A DNA stretch of 64,000 bases from a virus. The stretch's first letter is position 1, and every line of letters starts with the position of its first letter. The notes under the pieces were generated by a model. It was not told the origin of the DNA. It made no database searches and saw nothing but the letters and a program-made list of their open reading frames with translations. The position numbers were made by a program, and so were the translations under genes. The stretch lies in IMG/VR virus record IMGVR_UViG_3300009151_000031; one strand, given 5' to 3'. Shown in pieces: positions 8,187 through 19,788 of the stretch.

Positions 8187-9227
8187 ATGGCAAAGACAGT
8201 TCTAATAACAGGTGGTGCTGGATTCATCGCGCATCACGTAATTGACAAAATTTTAAAAGACACAGACTGGAAGATTGTTTGTTTAGATCGACTAGATATT
8301 TCTGGCAACCTAAACAGACTAGCAGACATGCTACACACGCACAATAAAGTGGATGTAACTCGGCGTTTGCGTATTGTATTCCATGATCTTAAAGCAGAAC
8401 TAAATGAAATGATTGTCAAGGACATCGGTCCTGTTGATATTGTATTACATTTAGCGGCCGGCAGTCATGTGGATCGTTCAATTACATATCCAATGGAATT
8501 TGTATTAGATAATACAGTTGGTACTGTTAACATGTTAGACTATGCTCGTAAACATTTGCCCGATCTAGAACGTTTTGTTTATTTTAGTACAGATGAAATA
8601 TTTGGTGTTGCTCCTCCTGGCGTCAGCTATAAAGAATACGATCGTTACAACAGCACAAACCCGTATTCAGCTAGCAAAGCAGCCGCAGAAGAGTTTTGCG
8701 TGGCATATGAAAACACATACAAAATGCCTATTGTGGTCACCCATACCATGAATGTATTTGGCGAACGTCAACATCCAGAAAAGTTTATTCCCATGTGTAT
8801 CCAACGTGCCAGAGATGGTGAACGAGTATATATTCACGCCAATGCAGACTGTACAGAAGCAGGCACACGTATGTATATCCATGCTCGAGATGTAGCAGAA
8901 GGCCTGATGTTCATTCTTAATACATTACCTCGAGATTACAAACACACAGGCGACTACGGATGGGCTCATTGTCCCAAGTTTAACCTGGTAGGCACAGAAG
9001 AAATTGATAACTTAACCTTGGCTCGCATGATTGCTGATGCACAAGGCCGAGAACTTAATTATGAAATGGTTGACTTCCACGGAAGCCGTCCCGGGCACGA
9101 CTTACGCTATGCATTAGATGGCGGATTGTTAAAGCAACTTGGATGGGAACCCAAGATTAAATTAAGCGAACGCATTAAAGAAATGACACTTTGGACTTTG
9201 GAGAACACACGTTGGCTCAGCAAATAA
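8187..9227 (+). CDS. rfbB: dTDP-glucose 4,6-dehydratase-like
   Basis: TGGAGFIA, HLAAGSHVDRSI, FSTDE, NPYSASKAA, HPEKFIP, RPGHDLRYA. Confidence 0.85.
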   Translation: MAKTVLITGGAGFIAHHVIDKILKDTDWKIVCLDRLDISGNLNRLADMLHTHNKVDVTRRLRIVFHDLKAELNEMIVKDIGPVDIVLHLAAGSHVDRSITYPMEFVLDNTVGTVNMLDYARKHLPDLERFVYFSTDEIFGVAPPGVSYKEYDRYNSTNPYSASKAAAEEFCVAYENTYKMPIVVTHTMNVFGERQHPEKFIPMCIQRARDGERVYIHANADCTEAGTRMYIHARDVAEGLMFILNTLPRDYKHTGDYGWAHCPKFNLVGTEEIDNLTLARMIADAQGRELNYEMVDFHGSRPGHDLRYALDGGLLKQLGWEPKIKLSERIKEMTLWTLENTRWLSK

Positions 9228-9946
9228 CTAATACAAAACACGCATTCATTGTTACATCTGCTATTAATAGCAAGTTTGGTGTATTCAACCCAATGCAACG
9301 TTTACAGCAAACCCTAGACACAATTAACAGTATTAAAAATAAAATACCCGCCGCTAAAATTATTATCTTAGAATGTTGTGGAGATCCTGTTACACCCGAA
9401 CAAGAAAACATACTTAGAAAAAGTTGTGATGTATATGTTGACTTTGGTACCGATCCAGACGTCAAGGACATGTACGATAACAACAACTGGGACGTTGTAA
9501 AGAACGGAACAGAAATCATGGTATTTGGTCGCGCTTTGGCAATTTTAAATAAAGAAAATCAGTTTGCAGGAATTGATCGTATTCACAAAATGTCGGGACG
9601 ATATGTATTAAACGACATGTTTGATCCGATGACATATGATCAATCTGAACTTGAAGATAAAATTATCATTGGACCAAAATGTCGAAGTCAGTTCCCGATT
9701 GAAGTAACTACCGTACCACTACAATACATGGCACGACTTTGGAGTTGGCCAACTAGTCGTATTGATGAAGTTATACAAGTATACAATGACAGTCTAATGT
9801 TCTTTGCAGAACGATTGGCAGTGGGTGGATACGTAGATATCGAACACGTACTGGCCAAGTTTCTAAATCCTGAAGTGGTACACGAAATTCAAAACATGGG
9901 CGTTGAAGGATGTATTGCACCCACTGGACAAGCTATTAAAAACTAA
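9212..9946 (+). CDS. Hypothetical protein in glycan cluster
   Basis: ORF 9191..9946; probable TTG start at 9212 behind GGAGA; KMSGRY motif. Confidence 0.6.
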   Translation: MAQQITNTKHAFIVTSAINSKFGVFNPMQRLQQTLDTINSIKNKIPAAKIIILECCGDPVTPEQENILRKSCDVYVDFGTDPDVKDMYDNNNWDVVKNGTEIMVFGRALAILNKENQFAGIDRIHKMSGRYVLNDMFDPMTYDQSELEDKIIIGPKCRSQFPIEVTTVPLQYMARLWSWPTSRIDEVIQVYNDSLMFFAERLAVGGYVDIEHVLAKFLNPEVVHEIQNMGVEGCIAPTGQAIKN

Positions 9947-11157
9947 TGGAAAACTGTACTCTTATCAATCAATGTCTGGCATGCGGTAGCACAGACTTAG
10001 TACCTACACTAGATCTTGGCAATCAACCATTGGCCAATAATTTCAGGTCTGGTGAATCCATGGACTCTGAAGAAAAGTATCCGTTGGCAATTAACCGTTG
10101 TCAAGATTGTGATCATTTACAATTAACACACGCAGTGGATCCTAAATTGATTTACACACATTATCTTTACGTTAGCGGTACTAGCGATACCTATGTACAA
10201 TACATGGATTGGTATGCTAAATTTGTACGCGAACAGTTTCGACATTGGACTACTAGGGTGTTAGACATTGGATGCAATGACGGCAGTCAACTTAACGCAT
10301 TTAAAAAAATAGGATATACCACGTACGGAGTAGATCCTGCTGAAAATTTATATGCCACGTCGAGTGCAAATCACAATGTTATCTGCGGATTCTGGAATGA
10401 AGAAGTTGCTGCCAAATTGGACTGTAATTTTGATATTATTAGTACACAAAATGCATTTGCACACAATCCCGATCCCTTGGCATATTTACAATTAGCTAAA
10501 AAATATTTAAAAGCTGATGGCAAAATCTTTATTAGTACCAGTCAAGCAGACATGGTTGTTAATGGCGAATTTGATACCATCTACCACGAACATATTAGTT
10601 ACTACAATGCCGAATCAATGCAGGCGCTAGCAGAACGTGCTGGCCTGCATTTAATTGATATGGTTAAGGCTCCCATACACGGAACTAGCTATATTTTTAT
10701 ACTTGCCAACGAGCCACTTAAAAAATACAGGATGGAAAATATTTTAGCAACAGAATTTAAACTACATTCAGGATCAACGTATAGAAATTGGGCCGCTGGT
10801 GTAGAAGAATTGCTAATAGGTCTTAAAGATCAAATCGACGAGTATCAGCATTGGGGATATCGGTGTATTGGCTACGGAGCCGCCGCCAAAGGAATGACCT
10901 TGCTCAATGCTAGCAAGATTACGTTAGATTGTGTCATTGATGACAATCCATTGAAGCAAGGACTGTATTGCCCGGGCACAACTATTCCAGTTGTAAGTAG
11001 TAACTACATTAATCAATTGCCCGAAACAGATCGAGTCATATTCATTCCATTGGCCTGGAACTTTTACGATGAGATCAAACGTAAAATACAAAAAATTAGA
11101 ACTAACGAACACGATATGTTTTTACGTTATTTCCCGACTATTAAAACCGAAACATGA
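9946..11157 (+). CDS. NDP-hexose C-methyltransferase
   Basis: N-terminal CLACGS...CQDC zinc site, VLDIGCNDG, FDTIYHEH, YGAAAKG, DDNPLKQG, LAWNF. Confidence 0.9.
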   Translation: MENCTLINQCLACGSTDLVPTLDLGNQPLANNFRSGESMDSEEKYPLAINRCQDCDHLQLTHAVDPKLIYTHYLYVSGTSDTYVQYMDWYAKFVREQFRHWTTRVLDIGCNDGSQLNAFKKIGYTTYGVDPAENLYATSSANHNVICGFWNEEVAAKLDCNFDIISTQNAFAHNPDPLAYLQLAKKYLKADGKIFISTSQADMVVNGEFDTIYHEHISYYNAESMQALAERAGLHLIDMVKAPIHGTSYIFILANEPLKKYRMENILATEFKLHSGSTYRNWAAGVEELLIGLKDQIDEYQHWGYRCIGYGAAAKGMTLLNASKITLDCVIDDNPLKQGLYCPGTTIPVVSSNYINQLPETDRVIFIPLAWNFYDEIKRKIQKIRTNEHDMFLRYFPTIKTET

Positions 11158-12044
11158 AATTAGAAAATCCAATTAACATACTTGTGCAACGTCGTGCGGC
11201 AATTGGCGACGTTATTATGACCACAGGTGTTGTGCGCGAACTAAAGAAACGTTACGGCGATGATGCCAACATTGATGTCGCCACGGACTTTGCTGGCATA
11301 TACCGCAATAACCCACACATACGCAATATCTTTCCAGTGGACCTGGTGCCTGCAGTCAATAACAAATATGAAATTTACATTAATCTAGATAACGCATATG
11401 AATTAAATCCCACAGAGCATTATGTAAAAAACTATTTTTATCGTGCGTTTGGTTCAACTACTATGAACATGTCTACAGAGCTGTTTCCCAGTAACGAAGA
11501 TAAGATTCTTGTTGATGCAGATCTTAAAGAAATTGGCACAAAGTTTATAGCAGTACATTTACGTAACTGGCATTGGACAGCTAAAAATATTACCATGGAT
11601 ATATGGTTAGAAGTATTTGGCAAGCTGTTTGAAAAACGTGCAGATTTTAAAGTGGTATGTTTGGGTGGATCCACTGATCACTTTGTTGACCATCCGCTGT
11701 TCCTGGACCGGCGCACAGTATATAATGATCAGCAGATTAAGTACCTGTGTGATCATGCCAAGTGTTTTGTGGGAATCGATTCTGGGCCCTACTGGGCGGC
11801 TTCGGCAAGTAGCACTCATATAGTTGCTTTGCTGACACATTTACGTCCAGAGGTTATTTTGCCGTGGCGCAAACATGATTATGCTAACAACGCCACAGCA
11901 ATACAAACATTAGAAGATTGCCGTGGATGCAATGATGATCAAGCACGTCCAGTTAGCCAATTGGTATGTAAAAAGGGTAACACTCCTTGTAACAATAATT
12001 TTGATACAGATGCAATAGCAAACGCAATATTGGAACAATTATGA
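11154..12044 (+). CDS. Glycosyltransferase family 9 (heptosyltransferase-like)
   Basis: RRAAIGDVIMTT, FVGIDSGPYWAA. Confidence 0.8.
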   Translation: MKLENPINILVQRRAAIGDVIMTTGVVRELKKRYGDDANIDVATDFAGIYRNNPHIRNIFPVDLVPAVNNKYEIYINLDNAYELNPTEHYVKNYFYRAFGSTTMNMSTELFPSNEDKILVDADLKEIGTKFIAVHLRNWHWTAKNITMDIWLEVFGKLFEKRADFKVVCLGGSTDHFVDHPLFLDRRTVYNDQQIKYLCDHAKCFVGIDSGPYWAASASSTHIVALLTHLRPEVILPWRKHDYANNATAIQTLEDCRGCNDDQARPVSQLVCKKGNTPCNNNFDTDAIANAILEQL

Positions 12045-12421
12045 TAGTACTGGCACCAATCAGTGTAGGTGAATTAATTGACAAGATTACTATCTTGGAG
12101 ATCAAAGTAGAAAACATTACAGACTTTGATAAAAATGACAACATCACCCGTGAACTAAGAACCTTAATTGGAATCTTAGAAGGGTTAGAAGGTTTACCGA
12201 ACTTGCAGTCTTTATCACAACAACTAAGCATGATAAATCTTGAACTATGGCGTATTGAAGATGCAAAAAGAGAATGTGAACGTAATCAATCATTTGACGA
12301 GCACTTTATTCATTTAGCCAGACAAGTTTACATTAAAAATGATGTACGTGCTCAGATTAAAAGAGAAATTAATATGCTCTGCGGTAGCTACATTGTAGAA
12401 GAAAAAAGTTACAAAAAATAA
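12041..12421 (+). CDS. DUF6165-like protein
   Basis: APISVGELIDKITILEIK...LWRIED...ARQVYIKNDVRAQIKREIN. Confidence 0.75.
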   Translation: MIVLAPISVGELIDKITILEIKVENITDFDKNDNITRELRTLIGILEGLEGLPNLQSLSQQLSMINLELWRIEDAKRECERNQSFDEHFIHLARQVYIKNDVRAQIKREINMLCGSYIVEEKSYKK

Positions 12422-12432
12422 TTAGGAAATTT

Positions 12433-13239
12433 ATGCAAACAGCATTTACTGTACCTAGCATACGCTCTGGATACAAAGTTGATATATCCGGGACAAGTTG
12501 CTATTGGTTTGAACCCGAGCACCCCGGCGAAGGCCATCGTACGTTACTAGATGTGTTTGACATGTACCTCAATGATTTTCAGTGGGACAAGTTTATCATT
12601 CCTGGCTCTACTGTTATTGACATTGGCGGACACTCAGGGGATACGGCTGTGCCTATGCAGTTACTCGCCAACGGCACAGTATTAGTAGTCGAGCCAAATC
12701 CTACTATTAAACCTTATTTAGATATGACCTGCATTGCCAATGGTCACTTAGGTAAATTTGTTACTGCCAGTGAAGCAGTTACTACCGAAGATACCGACAG
12801 CGTTACTATATTAGATCACTGTAACGCACTATGCAATGGCGGCATGATTGATCCAACATGGACTGAAGGACTACAGCAACGTATGACAGAAATGTCAGGC
12901 AACAGCGTTACAGTACCTGGATTGACCCTAGAACATCTTTGCGAAAAATATCTAACATCAACAGAAATTGATAATATTAGTTTTATTAAAACTGACACAG
13001 AAGGACATGATGTTAGTATCCTAGAATCAAGTAAAGCGTTTATTGATCGCAGACGGCCTGTAATTTTTATTGAATGGTTCTTTGCATTTACTGATGTTGA
13101 AAGCAAGCACATGTTTGATGTAATAGAATCAATGGACTACTTACCATTTTATCCGTTAACACTAGAGCCAGCTACGATTGATATTCGCAGTGACGATTTA
13201 GTGTTAATACATAAGTCTAAGGTCGGCAACTATCTATGA
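12433..13239 (+). CDS. FkbM-family methyltransferase
   Basis: VIDIGGHSGD, VEPNP, FIKTDTEGHD, RPVIFIE. Confidence 0.85.
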   Translation: MQTAFTVPSIRSGYKVDISGTSCYWFEPEHPGEGHRTLLDVFDMYLNDFQWDKFIIPGSTVIDIGGHSGDTAVPMQLLANGTVLVVEPNPTIKPYLDMTCIANGHLGKFVTASEAVTTEDTDSVTILDHCNALCNGGMIDPTWTEGLQQRMTEMSGNSVTVPGLTLEHLCEKYLTSTEIDNISFIKTDTEGHDVSILESSKAFIDRRRPVIFIEWFFAFTDVESKHMFDVIESMDYLPFYPLTLEPATIDIRSDDLVLIHKSKVGNYL

Positions 13240-14006
13240 AAACATTTGTACACTCTGGCACACTAGGTGATTTAATTTACAGCCTTCCTATTGTAAAGAA
13301 AATGGGCGGTGGCAAGTTCTTGGTTGCTATTGACAACATACAAGAGTGCGTAACTAAGTATTCGTGTGGTAATCCTGCGTGGGCACAAGTAGATCCCGAA
13401 CACGTAGGTCGCTTTACTGTTAAGGATTACGAAAAACTTAAACCGTTATTAGAACGACAAAGTTACATTCAAGATACAGGTATGTGGCACAAAGGTGATG
13501 CACCAGCTGATGTTGATCTAGACCATTTCCGTAGTGTACAGTTTAGATCGTTTGAAGGAAATTATGTACAAGGATATCATTTGGCATTTGATCTACCATT
13601 TACCATGGCTGACTATGATGCTACTTGGTTAGAAGCAGATCCAAATCCAGTTGCACCCATTGTGGTATGTCGGTCAGGGCGTTATCAAGATCCAGCAGGC
13701 GACGCACAATGGCAAAAAATAATTAACGATGTCCAATTGGAAAAACACGGAACATTTGTTGGTGTAGAATCCGAACGCCAAGCATTTATACAAGCAACCG
13801 GATGCAATATTCCACTTTGCCCAATTAATGGGTTCTTAGAATTAGCCAACGTAATAGCCGGCGCCGAACTGGTGCTATGTAACCAAAGTTTTACATATAG
13901 TATAGCAATGGGGCTGGGTAAACAAACAGTTTTGGAAACAATGAAACTCAAACCATTACAACATAACGAGTGTTTCTTTCCAAGAACCAATATTCAGTAC
14001 TTTTAA
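13236..14006 (+). CDS. GT-B (GT9-like) glycosyltransferase-like hypothetical protein
   Basis: HSGTLGDLIYSLP N-terminus; ELANVIAGAELVLCNQS. Confidence 0.5.
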   Translation: MKTFVHSGTLGDLIYSLPIVKKMGGGKFLVAIDNIQECVTKYSCGNPAWAQVDPEHVGRFTVKDYEKLKPLLERQSYIQDTGMWHKGDAPADVDLDHFRSVQFRSFEGNYVQGYHLAFDLPFTMADYDATWLEADPNPVAPIVVCRSGRYQDPAGDAQWQKIINDVQLEKHGTFVGVESERQAFIQATGCNIPLCPINGFLELANVIAGAELVLCNQSFTYSIAMGLGKQTVLETMKLKPLQHNECFFPRTNIQYF

Positions 14007-14033
14007 AAAAATAAATAAATTTGCCAATAGAGT

Positions 14034-14062
14034 TTGACTTATTGGCATTCATGTAGTATAAT
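14034..14062 (+). promoter_or_regulatory. sigma70-type promoter of groES-groEL, overlapped by an inverted repeat
   Basis: TTGACT-17-TATAAT; TGCCAATA-N10-TATTGGCA at 14022-14047. Confidence 0.7.
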
Positions 14063-14094
14063 CAATTATTAAATCATTTAACAAGGAGATCATA

Positions 14095-14388
14095 ATGAAT
14101 CTAAAACCGCTATCTGATAGGGTCGTAGTCCGCCGTGTTGACAGTGAATCTGTGACTGCTGGTGGCATTTTTATCCCAGACGCCGCCACGGAAAAAGCCG
14201 ATCAAGGCACCGTTCTCGCTGTTGGTCCAGGAAAACGCAATGACGAAGGTGAAGTAATTGCCTTGGACATTGCTGTAAACGACCGGGTATTATTTGGGAA
14301 GTTTTCTGGACAGACTGTCAAAGTCAACGGAGAAGAAGTTTTAATTTTAAAAGAGGATGACATCCTCGCTGTTATTCAAGGAGAATAA
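14095..14388 (+). CDS. groES: Co-chaperonin GroES
   Basis: [30 protein letters not shown]-type segment; AGGAG SD. Confidence 0.97.
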   Translation: MNLKPLSDRVVVRRVDSESVTAGGIFIPDAATEKADQGTVLAVGPGKRNDEGEVIALDIAVNDRVLFGKFSGQTVKVNGEEVLILKEDDILAVIQGE

Positions 14389-16011
<1,623 letters not shown>

Positions 16012-16125
16012 TTGATCAATAAATAGAAGTAACACGGCCCTGACCTCTGCGGATTGATCATCCTGGCACGTTGGGGTTTTCTTTGGCCAAAACGTATAAA
16101 TAACAGTATAGAGGGAGATTTATAA

Positions 16126-16410
16126 ATGATTCGCATATACGCCTTACACGAACAAGAAGAACAAATTTATCAACTACACGAGTGGTTAAACAGCAAAGAC
16201 TTGCCAATTGAACACGCATACGTAGACTTGAATGAAGATGCCAAAGCAGTTGCTGAACAATATAACCTAACAGTATTTCCAGTACTATTTGAACTTAAAA
16301 ATTTAAATGGCAAAGACATTATTACCAAGTTTGCAGACGGCAAAGATATTGACAAAATGTCCGACGACATGATTGCCAAAATCAAGGCAGAATTGACACC
16401 AGCCGAGTAA
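16126..16410 (+). CDS. Hypothetical protein, possible thioredoxin/glutaredoxin-like fold lacking CxxC
   Basis: VAEQYNLTVFPVLF resembles the Trx cis-Pro segment; TATAAATA at 16095. Confidence 0.45.
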   Translation: MIRIYALHEQEEQIYQLHEWLNSKDLPIEHAYVDLNEDAKAVAEQYNLTVFPVLFELKNLNGKDIITKFADGKDIDKMSDDMIAKIKAELTPAE

Positions 16411-16430
16411 GAAAATTACCAATTACATAT

Positions 16431-16453
16431 AAACCCGCTTAGGCGGGTTTTTT
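16431..16453 (+). terminator. Rho-independent terminator
   Basis: AAACCCGC-TTAG-GCGGGTTT plus T-run. Confidence 0.85.
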
Positions 16454-16484
16454 ATTGACCTATTAATCGTTTAATGCTATACTT

Positions 16485-16709
16485 GTGTTATCAATTAATT
16501 TAAGGATTGTGATGAAACTCAAAGAAATAATCATTGATGAATACGAAACTGCATTTCCGTATGAGCAGGAATATAATCTGTGGATTGAGGGCATGGAACG
16601 GGATTTTCAAGAAGAACTAGAATACAGGGCTAAGTTAGTGGTCACTAACAAAGTAGTACTTTATGCTGATGGAGAAGAATTAAGCCCGTTTGCTACTGTA
16701 AATTCCTAG
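16485..16709 (+). CDS. Hypothetical early protein
   Basis: ORF behind TTGACC-17-TATACT (16455-16483); true start may be GTG/ATG near 16509-16512. Confidence 0.55.
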   Translation: MLSINLRIVMKLKEIIIDEYETAFPYEQEYNLWIEGMERDFQEELEYRAKLVVTNKVVLYADGEELSPFATVNS

Positions 16710-16745
16710 GTTGACCCATAAATCCATTAAATGTATAATCAATAC

Positions 16746-16973
16746 ATGAAGTTAGAAATCAACGATATTTTACAGTGGACTGGAACAGTCTGTTTTATGG
16801 CGATGTATACACTTATGTCGCTGAACATTTATCCATGGAATATTGTAGCTGGAATCTGCGGTAGTACTTGTTACTTACTGTGGTGTATCCGTGTTGCAAA
16901 TAAGCCACAAATGGTGGTCAATGCTGTAGGCATACTAGTATGCTTGGTGGGCCTGGTAAAAGCCTTTGGTTGA
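16746..16973 (+). CDS. Small membrane protein
   Basis: About three hydrophobic segments in 75 aa; ATG 7 nt after the -10 box. Confidence 0.65.
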   Translation: MKLEINDILQWTGTVCFMAMYTLMSLNIYPWNIVAGICGSTCYLLWCIRVANKPQMVVNAVGILVCLVGLVKAFG

Positions 16974-17029
16974 CCCATAAATCCATTAAATGTATAATAG
17001 TTGTATTGTTTAGTTAAAAGGGGTTTTAG

Positions 17030-17365
17030 ATGAAGCTGATGATTACCACACAAATTCAGGAAAACTACGGTGCCCACGATTGGGACGGTATTGGTGCTTG
17101 CCCACAGTATTGGAAGTTCAAGGGTGGTAATGATTACTCATATGCGTTGGGCTCACACTTACGCAACCCGGAAGCTCTTGCAGAGTTGGTTGAGGCTTTC
17201 CGCGGTCAGATTGATTGCGATAACGAAGGTTATCGCGAGTACATTGTTGGTTGGTCTGTTGAGTCAGATGACTACCTTACTGACTTTGAACAAAGCCAGT
17301 TGGAGTACGAGGGTAAGATTACTTATCGTACTACCGAATTAAAATTACAAGAAGCTGTGGCGTAA
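17030..17365 (+). CDS. Hypothetical early phage protein
   Basis: 111-aa ORF with GGGG SD behind a repeated promoter; ENYGAHDWDG...YWKFKGG. Confidence 0.7.
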   Translation: MKLMITTQIQENYGAHDWDGIGACPQYWKFKGGNDYSYALGSHLRNPEALAELVEAFRGQIDCDNEGYREYIVGWSVESDDYLTDFEQSQLEYEGKITYRTTELKLQEAVA

Positions 17366-17442
17366 AAACAACACCTAGATGTTGACCCTAAAATCCATTA
17401 AATGTATAATAGTTGTATTGTGTTAATAAAGAAGGAGCTAAA

Positions 17443-18486
17443 ATGACTGTATCTTTTGTGCGTATTAAATCTGGTGCTTATCGTACTACAGATGTTTCCG
17501 GCCAAGTGTTTCAGCTAGTTGAGCAATATAAGTTCACAGCTAAAGGTGGCTATGTTACTGTTAAGAATGGTGGCCGGTTTCCTGGCATGCCAGTTGACAT
17601 CCGTGTCAAAGTTGAAGGCATGAGCGATTACGATTTTGTAAGCGAAACTGAATTCGTTGAAGCAGGTAATACACCTGTTAAAGAAGCCGTTGCACTAGAA
17701 GTTGCGGCAGAATCTGATGAAGAAGTGATTGCACGTATTCGTCAGCGTTTTGAGATCTTGGATGAGATGACTACTGCCGCAACAAACGGCGACATCCGTG
17801 CCATGATTGTAAGTGGCCCTCCTGGTGTTGGTAAATCATTTGGTGTTGAGCGTATTGTTGAGAAGGCTTGTTTGTTTGATCAAATCTCAGGTAAGCGTCT
17901 CCGTGCAGAAGTCATTAAAGGCTCAACAAGTGCCTTGGGTTTGTATTGCCAACTGTACAAATACAGTGATGCCAACAGTATGCTAGTGTTTGATGACTGT
18001 GACTCAATTTTGCTTGATGACGTAAGTTTGAACTTGCTTAAAGGTGCCCTGGACTCAGGTAAGAAACGTAAGATTTCGTGGTTGTCAGATAGCCATATGT
18101 TGCGTCGTGAAGGCGTTCCAGATAGTTTTGAGTTTAAAGGAAGTGTGATTTTTATTACCAACCTTAAGTTTGATCAAATGAAATCGCAAAAGTTGCGTGA
18201 TCACTTGGATGCACTACAAAGCCGTTGTCACTATTTGGATTTGACTTTAGACACAATGCGTGACAAGGTCCTGCGTATTAAACAGATTGCCAGTGACGGT
18301 GGTTTGTTTGACGAATATGACTTTGAACAATGTGAGCAAGATGAACTCATTGAGTTCTTGGAAACTAACAAGAACAAGTTCCGTGAAATGAGCCTGCGTA
18401 TGGCAATCAAGATCGCGGATTTGAAGAAGAGCTTCCCACTCAAGTGGAAGGCTATGGCTCAAGTTACTTGCATGAAAACTGCATAA
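17443..18486 (+). CDS. AAA+/P-loop ATPase
   Basis: Walker A GPPGVGKS, Walker B VFDDCD, ALQSRC Arg-finger-like; SD AAGGAG before ATG 17443. Confidence 0.85.
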   Translation: MTVSFVRIKSGAYRTTDVSGQVFQLVEQYKFTAKGGYVTVKNGGRFPGMPVDIRVKVEGMSDYDFVSETEFVEAGNTPVKEAVALEVAAESDEEVIARIRQRFEILDEMTTAATNGDIRAMIVSGPPGVGKSFGVERIVEKACLFDQISGKRLRAEVIKGSTSALGLYCQLYKYSDANSMLVFDDCDSILLDDVSLNLLKGALDSGKKRKISWLSDSHMLRREGVPDSFEFKGSVIFITNLKFDQMKSQKLRDHLDALQSRCHYLDLTLDTMRDKVLRIKQIASDGGLFDEYDFEQCEQDELIEFLETNKNKFREMSLRMAIKIADLKKSFPLKWKAMAQVTCMKTA

Positions 18487-18547
18487 GTTTTATAGCCGAA
18501 AGGCTATACTACCATAGCTCTCTTTAGCTCCTGAGTTATGGTTTTCG

Positions 18548-18579
18548 ATCCCCGGGTTTAACTGCTCGGGGATTTTTTT
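18548..18579 (+). terminator. Rho-independent terminator
   Basis: ATCCCCGG...CTCGGGGAT followed by TTTTTT. Confidence 0.8.
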
Positions 18580-18615
18580 ATTTGCAATATCATTGAATGT
18601 ATGCTACAATAACAT

Positions 18616-19788
18616 ATGGCTCAATACACACATCAATACGTAGAAGACTACATCGAAATTATTGCTGGTTACAGAGAACCTAGTGGTAAAAGTAACTACA
18701 GTATCTTTACTGTGGGAGAAAGTCCACTTAGTCTGGCCAGGTACGATATGAAAGTTGTACCAAGTTTGGCTGAGCAAATAATAGCAGGCAAAGGATTCAC
18801 AGACAAACAGGCCGCGTTGGCTGTGTCCTTGATTATTAAATACGAAAGACAGTTAACTAAATTATTGGTTGATATTACGCCAGTCAGGACACCACAGTAT
18901 AGAATTCCTTTGCGAACAATTGACAGAGAAAGTCGAGTATGGGTAGAAGGTGATATTATCAATTTGAAGTTTCCTTACGATACCAAGCTAATTGATCTAG
19001 TAAGGACTGCCAGCAAGGAGAGCAAAGGTAACATACACTTTAACAGAGAACGACGTGTGCAAGAGTTATCCTTGACCGAATGGAACGTGAACTGGGTATA
19101 TACATTTGCTCAGGTTAACAATCTCACAATAGATCCTGGTCTAGAAGCAATAATGCAAACACTACTGGCGGCAGAAAATACTCCTTATGCAATTGAACTG
19201 ACATACAACAATGGTGTTTTATCCATTAGTAATGCCACAGACAGTTTAATAGAATATGTAAATAGTAATGTTGGGTTTGATGATTTACTCAAACTTATTG
19301 ATCATGCACCAATTCTTGGGTACACCGTAAACAGTACAATACGTGATACAGTTGTAGAGCAATGTGGGACACGTTTTTGGAGCCTGTGTGCTAACCGTGA
19401 ACTCAAAGTTGATCCGCAAACAAGTCATGGCCTGGTTAAAGACCTTGCTGACTACGCAGAGAAAACTAATCGTTTTCCTATATACGTTTATGAAGCTGAC
19501 TTGACTGATAGGTTGTTGAATGAATTTACAAAACACTTTCCTGACCAAGTTTTTAAATTAGGCAATCAAAAGACCATACCAGATGATCCAACAATTAAAG
19601 TAATTTACACAAATAAAATTCCACGTACACCGCTTAACGGTCGTATTCCGTTATTGGTTAGTAGTGCAGGTATGTTACATGGTGGCGACAGGCAGATATG
19701 GATTCAAACAGCCGAAAAGATTGTGTACTTTGCCAAAGACGTGTATACTAAGAACTCTAAAGGACCCGAAGTTTGCAAGCTAGACTAA
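18616..19788 (+). CDS. Hypothetical protein upstream of the UvsW-like helicase
   Basis: 390-aa ORF behind TTGCAA-17-TACAAT. Confidence 0.75.
   Translation: MAQYTHQYVEDYIEIIAGYREPSGKSNYSIFTVGESPLSLARYDMKVVPSLAEQIIAGKGFTDKQAALAVSLIIKYERQLTKLLVDITPVRTPQYRIPLRTIDRESRVWVEGDIINLKFPYDTKLIDLVRTASKESKGNIHFNRERRVQELSLTEWNVNWVYTFAQVNNLTIDPGLEAIMQTLLAAENTPYAIELTYNNGVLSISNATDSLIEYVNSNVGFDDLLKLIDHAPILGYTVNSTIRDTVVEQCGTRFWSLCANRELKVDPQTSHGLVKDLADYAEKTNRFPIYVYEADLTDRLLNEFTKHFPDQVFKLGNQKTIPDDPTIKVIYTNKIPRTPLNGRIPLLVSSAGMLHGGDRQIWIQTAEKIVYFAKDVYTKNSKGPEVCKLD

Larger units (their letters stand above)
16711..17410 (+). repeat. Three near-identical 29-bp sigma70 early promoters (TTGACCC(A/T)(T/A)AAATCCATTAAATGTATAAT)
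   Basis: Copies at 16711-16739, 16970-16998, 17382-17410. Confidence 0.9.

Noticed and set aside
14022-14047. CIRCE element upstream of groES
   Set aside because: Arms do not match TTAGCACTC-N9-GAGTGCTAA
16012-16094. GC-richer non-coding stretch after groEL as a riboswitch or ribozyme
   Set aside because: No convincing stem set or known motif found by eye; left unassigned
16711-17410. CRISPR-like array
   Set aside because: The repeats are promoters separated by whole genes (260-410 bp), not 30-40-nt spacers; no cas operon
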